From Macrostomum lignano (Eukaryota), in NCBI GenBank assembly GCA_002269645.1, contig NIVC01001429.1:1-56275 (forward strand): a stretch of DNA of 56,275 bases, in the 5' to 3' direction. This document shows positions 24,301-36,300 of this stretch, piece by piece. Each line of letters opens with the position of its first letter. Position 1 is the first letter of the stretch. The notes under the pieces were generated by a model. That model did no database searches. It was not told the origin of the DNA and saw only the letters and a list, made by a program, of their open reading frames with translations. Both the position numbers and the translations under genes were made by a program.

Positions 24301-27300
24301 ATGAAGATGATTTATCACAAACACAAAAAGAGTATCTTAAAGTAGATAATGCAAAACACCTAGCAACAAAAAAATTAATATTAAATTTACATGATAAGAA
24401 AAACTATGTAGTGCATTATAAGCTTCTACAATTTTATGAAAAGCAGGGATTAAAAGTGTCTAAAGTACATCGAACAATATCGTTTATTGAGGAAGATTGG
24501 TTAGCTAAATATATTGACTTTAATTCAAATCAGAGACAGATGTCAAAAACAAATTTTGAGAAAGATTATTGGAAATTAATGAATAATGCTTTTTATGGAA
24601 AAACGGTTGAAAATATTAGAGATAGAACCCAATTCCATTTAGAAAAGGATATTGATAAAGCAAAGAAATATTTCTCAAAACCTAACTTTAAAGATTTTAT
24701 AAAATTTGATGATAACTTTATGGGTATTCATATGAGAAATAAAACAACAAAATTTCTTAAACCAATATTTATTGGAATGGTTGTTTTAGATTATGCAAAG
24801 CTAGTAATGTATGAATACTATTATGATGTTATAAATAAAACCTGGCCAGATAACTATCCAATATATGCAGACACTGACAGTTTGGTATTTAAGGTTGAAA
24901 CACCAGACGTTTATAAAGATATGGAAAAAATTAAGGATACATTGGATACCTCTGACTATCCGGATAACCATCCCTTAAAATCGAATCAAAATAAGAAAGT
25001 TGTACTTAAAATGAAAGATGAATTAAATAGCAAAATCATAACCGAGTTTATAGCAATAAGATCAAAATGCTATGCATTTAAAGTTTTAGGAGAGGAGGGA
25101 GAGGTAAAAAAAATAAAAGGGGTATCAAGGGCAGCAGTTAAAAAGATAACATTTGATGATTATAAAAACGTACTTTTAGATTACCTTAATACAATTGAAA
25201 ATTATCATGCTCCACAATATCGATTAAATTCAGATAAGCATCAGATGTTTGTCATCGAGACAGATAAAAAAACATTAAGTCCATTTGATGATAAAAGATA
25301 TTTAGATGATAAAATTAAAACATATCCATATGGTTTAAAAGAAGAGATAAAAAACATGATAAAAGATAAAAAACAAAAAGAAGATATAATAAGCAAATAT
25401 GATGAATACAAAGAGGCAATAAATAATTATTATTACGATTGTGATTGCGAATCCGAATGTGAATGTGAATATAATACATATCTAGAATATGAAAAAGATG
25501 TAGATAATTATTATGCAACATTTCCAAAAGAACTTAAAAAATTAAACAAGGAAAAAGTCTTGGATAACTGGAAGAGATTAACAGAAAAACTAATAACGGT
25601 AAAAAACTAAAGCATGTAATTGTTTAAGCATAATATCCATTTCCATTTCAAATTTTATAGAACACCAATTGTCCTCACAGTCGGCAGGAAAACTTAAACA
25701 ATCTTTTATTTTTTTCCTAAGTATTTTTATTCGTCTAACTAATCTATCTATTTCAATTTCAATTACTGTTTCAGCATAAGCAATTGCTTTTTGTATAAAA
25801 CGCTTTCTTTTATCCATCTCATATCGGATGGGAAACATATCGTCCCCATACTCACTATAAAACATTATATTTATTTTTTTATTAATATCTTTAAGTTCAC
25901 GCTCTTTAGCGATAAGGATTTTTAGCGTCTCCATTTTCTTATAAAAAATTTAAACTTATTCGGAGTCATTCTCCCAAACGGCAGCCAATTTTACAGTCCT
26001 GTCACTCTTTTTATTATTTGTTTGTTTTAGTTTAAATTGCAACCCACCCTCGCGGCTGTATTTCATAATGAACGCTTTAGGTTTATTAATAACTAAAACT
26101 GGAAAACTTTTAACATCATTCCCGCTTAGACATAGTATTGTTTGCCCATCTAATTGTAAAAATATCGATTGAATCCCAATAAATTTAACCTGTCTCAAAC
26201 ATATAATATTATATTCTTTATTCTCCAACATATTGGGGGTGAGATAATTAATCACATTAGAATCGGTTTTGAACCAGCTTTCCATTTTTAATATAAAAAA
26301 AAATAACAAAAAAATGAAAGACATTTACGAATGTAATAAATGTAATGTGGCCATGCATAGAGCCCAAACAGCAAACGGAGATATATATCATATGTGCTAT
26401 TCATGTTCTAAAATATATCAATTTGAAAAAACAAAAAAGATTGAAAACTCATATTACTATTTTAAAAACACAATTTTAAGAAATCTTTCAAGGGACATAT
26501 CTCATCCAATTTTAATTCCCGGAAATAATGTTTATTTATATAACAACTTTTTCCATTTAAATAAAGGAAAGGGATTAAGTTCGAAAGACGCTGAAAGGAT
26601 TTTAATTTTAGTTGGATATTATTTTAATTTTCTTATTCGAGAGAATACAAAGTTTATAAGGATAGGCAACATACCTAACGAAATGTTATTGAAAAGTCAT
26701 TGGAATTTTTATGTATTTATAAAAAATTTAAACCTACCAATTCACAAGAGAATTACCACTTTGGGAAGAATATATAACATATGCGTTAGAAAAACTAAAC
26801 AACATTAAGTTCTACAGCACTACCTGATCGCGGGCTTTGTTCCCCAGTAGAAATCGAACCTTCGGGTTCGTAAATACCTAATGTTTCTATCGGAGGTGCT
26901 TTGGGTTTGTCCAAACGTAATTCTTTTAATTCCCTATCGGTAAAAGTTTCAACATCCAAAATTCTATTTCGATCTTTTAAATATTTATCGTATAATTCCA
27001 CCGCGGTTGATAATTCATGAATTGTTATCTCTCCATCATCCAATATTTTTTGCACATATAAATATAACTGATTTTTATACTGTTTAGCAATATCTCTTAA
27101 TGATTTATATTTATCCTTTCTTTTTTTAAGATATAATTTAATTGCTAAAAGTATTGATAAATTTCTGATTAATTCAAATCCTGATATTGAACCAATTGAA
27201 ATACCTAAAAATAATTGAGATAAATTAAGAGTTGGAACAGACTGTAAAATACCTAAAACGATTACACATAACATTGATAAGCTTCCAAATCCAATATTGA

Positions 27301-30300
27301 AAAAATCCATATTTCTGATATGGTTTGAAACTCTTCTTACTTTTTTAGTATATAAATTATAATCATAGTTAATACGATCAACATTACTTAACAGGTGACC
27401 TTTACGTTGGTCGTGCATAGCACGCGAACCTTCGGTTCGGTTAAAATAGTCACGTTCCCTTTTATCTGCTTCAGACACCGACATTTTCGTCTATTTTTAA
27501 TAGCACTAAAATGAATTCCCCACGCTCTTTGGGGATTTGTCCCGAGCTCAATAGGTATTGTATCGGAGTGATTCTTTCTTTTTTCTCCCATTTAAATCCA
27601 ATTTTCCAAAACTATTGAAGGATAATATGGTTTTTTAATAATTTAATTAATTCTTGAAGTTTCTTATTATCCTGAACATTCACATTGCTAAATAAATATT
27701 TGGTATGAGATTTAAAAGTTTTTATATTTGATTCTTGTTTAGGAAAAGGAATAATAACATTATTTTGTCGAATCGATGGAGTTCTACTAAAAGCCATTTT
27801 TATATATAAATATTTAGGATATCATGCCACAGGCACGCATCTTAGGCGTTAGCCTAGGTGATCTGAGTTTGTGGCTGTTCCAAATATGCGGTCGCAGCAA
27901 AATCATAGCCGGCTGATGTGCTACCACAAACGGCAGCGCCACGAATAAAATGTGCAGCATCTGATCCTCCGGTTCGAGCACCAAAACCCATAAGAGTTCC
28001 ACTTTTATCCAAAGTTCCCCAAGTTCCGCTATCATATGTAAAAAAGTTTTGCCCAATTAGCGTATATGTTTTAGCTGAAACATTGTATGTGCTTATTTGA
28101 TACCAAATTCTTTGATTTAAAATATTAATTTCAAAAATATGCCAATCACCATTATCAATATTTGCATAAGTTATAGTTTGATCTGCGTCATTAAGAACAT
28201 CATTACGAACTGTTGCACGGTCTGATTTTATATTGCTCCAAAGAACTCCAACTCTATCATGCCACTCACTCGCAAACACTATTAAGCCGGCGGTGGTTCT
28301 TAATCCAGTTCCAAATTCACTTGTTGGTCGTTCGTGACAATATGCATAAAACCAAACCGCATCAGCTCCACTTCCTGTAGAATTCGCAACTCGGAAATAG
28401 AAGGAGGCGGAGATATTACGAAAATGGGTGAAATTAAATTGTAACGCTCCAGACCGACCAGATGCTTCATCAGTAATTCTAGCTCCATTTTGATAATCAA
28501 TATAAGAAGCATCTCCAACAAAACTTCCAGTTGGAAAAATATCACCGGCTGTGGTTGGGTTTTGATATCCAGTCCAATTGCAAATTACAGGCTCGTACAA
28601 AGCGGCATCAATCGCGGGTATTCCATCCAATTTTATTTTATCGTTAAAAGACATTCGGCCATCTGACGTTTGGGTTACTCGCGTATCAACATAACCTTTA
28701 GTAACAACAGAACTGTTATTGTTTATAGTAGAGATATTAGTAATTGTATTACCTCCCATATCAATTGATTGATTAACCACTCCTAAATTTAAATCAAGAA
28801 TTGTAAACGTCTGTCTATATATCTGGAAGGTTGACAGACCTGGGTTGGTTGAACCTGATGTTGATGTAAGACAGAACAATCTGAAATATGAATATGTTTT
28901 ATCAAAATTTTGTGTGACATTAATTGTTTGAGTTGAACTATTTATTACTACAGAACTATCCGCAGGTATTAACACATCCCAGCTCGTATTGTCATTACTC
29001 CCCTCAAATCGCCATGATGCTGGGTGCTCGGTTGAAGGTGATGGTCTCCCACGTAAATCAATTTTATAACACATTATCGCGGAAGGACATTGAACCTTAA
29101 TCCAATAATCGGTTTGAGTATTATTTGTTGCCCAATCTGTTGAATCATTACCATCAAACGCTTTCCTGCTTGCAAAATCAGTTGTATTAAAGGCGGTGCT
29201 TGCGGTTATTGCAAAACCATTTCCACTCCAATCTGTCATGGTAGGTACGTGGCCAGTTTCAACAGTTTGGAATCGATCCTGCTTTGGGGCTCCACCTCCA
29301 ACTAAATTATCAACCTCTGTTTTGGTATAAGAATCAGATATATCTCTTTTTAAATTTAAGGAATTATCAACCTCTGTTTTGGTATAGGAATCAGCAACAT
29401 TCCGTTTCAAATTTAGGGAATCATCTATTTGAGTTTTGGTATAAGAATCAGATATATCTCTTTTTAAATTTAATGAATTATCAACTTCAGTTTTGGTATA
29501 AGAATCAGATATATCTCTTTTTAAATTTAATGAATCATCTATTTGAGTTTTGGTATAGGAATCGGCAACATTCCGTTTCAAATTTAATGAAGTGTCGATT
29601 TGAGTTTTGGTATAGGAATCGGCAACATTTCTTTTTAAATTTAATGAATCATCTATTTGAGTTTTGGTATAGGAATCGGCAACATTTCTTTTTAAATTTA
29701 GTTTAGTATCAATTTCACTTTTTTTATAACCTTCATCTTCATTAATATATCGGTTGTTTCCGAATGTAACACTTATTCCACCACTTGTACCACCGCCAGT
29801 ACTTGATGTTCCGTTCCATGAGGGCGTTCCAGAAAATAACATTTTTTACTGTCTATTTTATAGAGTCTAAAATCGTGCCTTAGGCACGCATGCTTTGTAT
29901 GATATGTTTAAATACTTCTGGGTTTACACGAGCTTCATTCGAAAGTCGATATAAAAAATACAACGCCGCTTGCCCGCAATAACTTTTATCAAAGGTTTGA
30001 AATTGTTCGTGGTGATCTCCACATAAACGATTTTTAGTATGATTAAATTTGTCTTTTATTTCCTGTAACGGAGGAAGCGCGTATGAATCAAAAAAATAAA
30101 CAAGTTTGGGTTTTGAATAAACTGCTGACCAATGAGCGCCATTTTCTTTTGTAGTTTCAATATTAACAATGTAACATCCATATTGTGGTAAATCTTTGAT
30201 CTCATCTCGCATAACACATCTGAATGGTTTTATTTTTAATTGCCGCGCCCAATTTGTTAATTCGATATTGCTTGTTGTGTCTGTTCCATATCTTTGTTTA

Positions 30301-33300
30301 AAATCGCTCCACGTCAAAGTCATTTTATGTTCCTGAAAAACTCTTGGTTTTAGTTAGTTTCGTAGGTTTGGATTTTAACAGTTCCTTTCGGATTTTTTCT
30401 GCCTGTAATTGTTTTAATTTTGTTAGTTCGATTTCATAATTATCCTTTGCATTTTGAACTTTATTTGATTGTTTTTTTAAACTATTATTGTTACCCATTT
30501 TTACTATGGGAAACGGACGGAGTCCTCGACCCTACGGGGCGATTAAACTTGTTTTATACGTAAAATCACTGTTATTGACTGCCCACCAAAACTTATTAAT
30601 CTATCACTTTCATCTACGATCCTAATATAAATTGATTGAACGTTATATTGATTTAAAGGATAATATATGGGGGTTTGAGGTGAAACAATCATTTTCTCTC
30701 CAATTGGAACAGCAAGAAATGGGATTGAATAAATAATTCCACGTTGAACCAAAACTCCATTATCATCTGTTATATAACCACCGTTTGATATGTCGGTTGT
30801 TATATTAATTGTGTTGACTCCGCCCTCAATATTTCCCACCGTATCACCGGTGCTTGATGTGGTAACGATTCGGGAATTAAATCCAAGTATGGTTCTGAGT
30901 GAATTTGCAATTGTGAAATCAACCTGATATCCGGATCCTAGTGATAGCGTGAATCTGCCAGATGGTAAATCAACCCCTATAACAATTGCGCCCGATACCC
31001 AATCTCCATTAGCTGTTAATTCTCCTTCTATATAAGCATTCAAATCGGTATAGGAATATGCTCCTGGATTAACGCTAAATGTTGTCCAATTGGCTCCGGA
31101 ATCTTTAGAATATCTAAATTGATTATTTGTTGCATTAATTAATTGAGGCATGTGAAAAACAGAAAATAATATCAAACCTATTTGATAACTTAGGCTTTGA
31201 TCAAGTTGTAACGGATCGCGCAATTGAATCCGTTGCTCACTGGTTGTCATTATAAACTGTAAGGTTGTACTAAATTTTGAATTAGTTCGATCTACCAATT
31301 GTTTTATAGTATTTAAATTTGTTGCCATTTTTATAGTGGATAAAACTAAGTCTCTTCTTCCTCATTGTCCTCTTTTATCAGATCTTTTAAGATTCGATTT
31401 TTCCTTTCTAACCTAGGGTTGATATATATATGTTTGTATTGACTATCATCCCAAATTTTTTACACATACTTTTAAATGGTTTTGTATCCAACCCAGGATT
31501 AAATCTAGCGTGTATATTTTGTAAATCATAGTTATCTAAATCAAACATTACACAACAACTAGCATTCTTTTTTATAATCGATTCTAATTCTCTAAAGGAC
31601 TGTGTTAGATAAAAAGCTCCAATTCCATCTCCTCTACCACTAACAAAAATTTCCTTTTGCAATTCTTGATCGCCGTCATTAATACAATCATCAAAAATAA
31701 TTAGTGTTTTATCATTTTTTGGAATTTGATCATAGCCTAATCGGGTTGATACTCTAACAGTTGGGGATCGGACGGTGGTGTTTTCTGATATTTGTGCCGT
31801 TGTTTTACATAAATCCTCAATGTCTGCTAGATTAAATCGCGGTTCGTCATCATCCTCATATTGCTCATATGCTCTTAACATTCTAAACAAGACATCTTTT
31901 TTAATTTGTTTTTTAATCCATGTTTAAGAAATTCATAATATTTTATTTTAGGTTTGTTAGTATAAATTATTAAATTATTATAGTCTAGCATTCCATCGGT
32001 TGTTAACATGTCATAAACAAAGTGTGTCTTTCCTTTACCCGACCCACCGATTACTAAACAAAGAAAAGGATCATTTGGAAATATAATATTGTGCTTTGCT
32101 TTTACCATTTTTAAAGATAAAATTTTAAAGATAAAGATAAAATTTTACAGCGGGGCGTCCCGAACAATCGTGCCATCGGCTTTAGCAATTGACATATATT
32201 CCTCTAGAAACAATACGTGTGCGTCTATTGCCTGATTACCGGTTTTATTAATCTCTAACATGTAATTAAGTCCAACATTGGCTACATTTTCTTTCTGTGC
32301 AGTTAGATCATAAACAACCACTGGATGAATGTTTAGAAACTCTGTGGGTGTGTACTGAGGGACGGCATACGCTTCATTTTTGACATAATCTTGATAATAT
32401 TTTATAAAATCATTAACATTATTATTTGCTATATTTAGATTAAGAGGATCTTTAACTGGATAATATTGGTCATCAACCTGCAGGCGGATATTCTGAACAT
32501 TAAACTCGTTAATAGCTGCAACCTCATTGTCTGTTGCTGTGGCTGCTTGTGCTGCTACATCTCCTGATTGAAGCCAATATAAATCACCATTTGCTCTTTT
32601 ACTCCTTCTATTTGTTATCTTAAACCAAACAAAAATATATCTCACCCGACGTTTTGATGTCAGTATTTGCCACTGGAATGAATCCTGATTGTTATTAATG
32701 GTTCGCATAAAGTGTCTACGATTCAAATAAAATATTTCCTGATCATGCGTTAACTGATTATCGATATGTTTTAAAAGCGGAGCTGTTACCTCAATAGTTG
32801 GCACGACTAATTGTATTGATGCTATGCGAACTGCTATATCGGTTGAAATTGAGGTTCCATAAAGTATCCTAGGCTGATATCCACCAGATATTTGCAACTG
32901 TATCCCAAATTTTAATCCTTTCCATACCCGATTTGGTGAGAAGAACCCAAATAGTGGAAAGATTGAAAAGTCCTGCTCATATGCTGTTGCCGTGGTTAAA
33001 ACTGCAACTGGGAATTTATTCTGACGATCTATAAAACCAGTATTAATATCTTTTGTATTAGTCATAGTGGTTACAACTGGAACTATATTGGTATTAAGGT
33101 AAGCAATAAGAGCTGCAGTATCTGCACCAGCTGCGTTTTGTAAAAACTATTGGAAAAATGTGCATTTTGGGAAAACTACTGCTTGACCATTGCCCTTATC
33201 AGGCATCCACCCAACATTATCACCAACTTGTTTTGATAAATAAGTATAATTTAAATGTTTCAAAACTCCATTAATCTCTGCGGGGTTTGATGATGTCTCA

Positions 33301-36300
33301 ACCTCGGCTCCATTAACAGTTAGTTGAGCTTGAGAAAAACATTTATAAAACCAATCATTTTCTATTATTATTCCAGATCGATCTGCGATATCGCCGGCTG
33401 CAAGAGCAGTTCCATCATTTCTAGTATACAACCATCTAACGCGGAAGAATGCATTTTTCATATCCAATATGATGTTGGTTGCGCCGATGTCAAAAGCTAC
33501 CGTTCCACTAGTAAAGTTATTTGTATTATCACTTGTTGGTAGGGTATAATTTAAATCTCTTGCTATGACCTCATTAATATACTGTCGGTGCTTTTTGAAA
33601 TGAAATTTATCACTCCAAATAGTTTTTGTTTCAGCCATTTTTTTAAGTTAAAAAAGTTTTTTATGTTAAAAAATGAGTCAATTTATGGACGTTGATGGAG
33701 AGTTAGAGATTTATAAAGAAAAGCAAAGATATTCTGATTTTGTTAGAAATTTGCAAAAAAGAAAGTTAGGAATACAATTAGCTGGTGATAGATTTGCTGC
33801 TCCTTTTGTTAATCCTATTACTGGGAAAATTAGTGAACTAGAAAAAACAGATAAAGACCTTCTGGAAAAAATTGCTAAGAATACTGAGCCAAAAGAGGAT
33901 GTAATTTTGGATGAGCCGCCTGCTTATGGTGTTGCTCATGCACTATTGAGAATTGCAGAGATTAGACGTGCAGAAAGGAATGGAGTTGAACAATATCAGA
34001 GAGCTGCACCACAAAGTATTGCTGTGATGGATTTAGGTAATGATAATTATCGAATTGGTGGAGTTGATAAAAATCGTAATGAACTATATACAGAATTGGG
34101 TGGAGCGTTTAATATTATTATGAACCCTAGGGTAAAATTTAACCCCGATTTATATACTAGAGATGAATTAGTAAGTGCAAAAATTTTTTATGATGAGTTG
34201 GGAATAAGAGCTGCTAAAAATACCAGCTTGTATAAAAGGATTATTAATTCTATAAATAACAAACCAGTTGTTGGAGAAGGATTTAAAACTCCGCGAAAAC
34301 TTGTTTTAGCCGCTGCGAAAGCTGCTGGACATACAGGAATTAATTAATTTTTAAATTTATTTTTTATAAAATGGATGATGAAAAAATTAATATTAACGAT
34401 TTTATAAATTGGGATGAGATTCAAGAAATGATATCTATCGAGCTCAGTAAAGAGTTTCCTAGTGATATGACGTTTGATGATTGTGAAGATATGGGTGATT
34501 ATGAGCTTGAGCATAAAGATGGTAGATATTTTTTCTATGATTATTTTATAGAGGGTGCGCCAGAATCAATACGCATTGAAAATGTTAGTGAGAACAATAT
34601 TACAATTGGTGGTAGAAATTTTAATATAAAAGAATTAAAAGATGAATTAGGAAAAGATGCTTTCTATATTATAACACACCCAGCTGAGAATCCGTCTTTT
34701 GGACATAGATATAATGCTGAAGATATTGAGAAAGCTATAAGGTTTATTGAAAATAAATTGGATCCTGCTGCAAAATTAACTAAATTTTACATGTGGCTTG
34801 ATGATTGTGAAATTAATTTTTTATATAATGGAAACTAAAAAGATTTGTACTAAGTGTAAACAAGAGAAACTAATGAAGCGTAGATAATTGCTATAAAAAA
34901 GTTAAACAACCAACCATTGAAGAGTTTGCAAAACAATTAGTGCTATCATGTATTTTTAAGGCTATTAAAAATGAGCAATCAATTAGTATTTGAAGGAGGA
35001 TTTTTAGATGTTCAAAAAGGATTAACAAGCTTACCACCAATCTTTACTACTGGAAGGTATACAGGGGAACTACACCTACCATCAATGAACTTCGCAGGTT
35101 AACCCGTGGCCTGAGTGAGGAAGGCAATGTCCTTGCTAGTCACTATTTGTGGCGACATCTTCAAATTGCGTGAAACCCGTCATACAGCTTCAAGTACCAC
35201 TTCAATTGAGAAATCTTTTGAAGGAACAGAGGTAACTCCTCTTCCCAAAGGTAACAAGCTTGAAGACAAAGTGGCAATGCGCAGCCAAGCTCCTAAGTAT
35301 TTAAATATAAGGAGAAGGTTCAGAGAGCAGACGGAGGTGGGCGGTAATTTAGCCGCTTAAGGTGTGCTCCAGCCTATTTCGAAAGATTTAGGGCAAACTA
35401 CCCGGGACTAGGTTAGATTTGAGATTAAACCCTGATGACACTCCAAAAGCTGATTCAATTCCCATTAACGGTATTGATTGGTTAGCATACTATCATGACT
35501 TAGCATACAGAGATGCTGATAAGAACTCACCCGAGGAAGCATTAAGATTAAAGCATGAAGCCGATCGAAAAATGATTCAAGGATTAGATAACTTGCAGGG
35601 ATTATCGGTAGGCCAAAAATTAACTAGGTGGATGGTTAAAAAAATCTTACAGTCTAAAGTTAAATTTGGTTTGGGAATTAATTACAATCAACATGGAAAT
35701 AATTGTGTTGAGTGTTTATTATTAAGTGGTGGGTTAAGTTCTGATGAGGCAAAGATTCTTCATAAAGAATATCGAAAACCTAAATTTTATAGAAAAATCA
35801 TGAACTTCAAAAAGAATGAAATTTGGTATGCTGATTTAATGTCAATGCCGAGTGATAAAGGATATAAATATATTTTAACCATATTAGATGGTTTTACTCG
35901 ATACGCGTGGGCTGTTCCTTTGAAATCCAAAGAAGGAGAGGAGGTTGCTGCTGCTTTTAGAAGTCTTGGAGAAAAAAGCGAAAGATTATGTGTTGATGAG
36001 GGAAAAGAATTTTACAATCCTCACATGTATAAATTGTATCATTTTGAAAAAGGACAAGAAAGGAAAAAAGACGCGAATGGGGAGTATATTAATAAAATTT
36101 ATTCTATTTATGGAGAAAGTAAAAACGCATTAATAGAAAGATTTAATCGAACTTTGGGGAAGAAATTGTGGTTTCAGTTTAGTCTTAATGGAAATCAAAA
36201 GTGGGTAAAAATATTACCAGACGTCGTGAAAGATTATAACAATTCATATCATTCGGCTATCGTTCCTTCGGAACGCGGACTTCGTACGAAAAAGATGACT

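Noticed and set aside
35115-35360. 81-aa ORF inside the intron as a homing endonuclease
   Set aside because: No LAGLIDADG, GIY-YIG, HNH or His-Cys motif; it simply overlaps the ribozyme helices.
35098-35391. The 301-nt insert as a spliceosomal GT-AG intron (GT at 35098, AG at 35390-35391)
   Set aside because: The joined product is out of frame and stops within a few codons. The frame-restoring boundaries are not GT-AG, and the group I core explains the insert.
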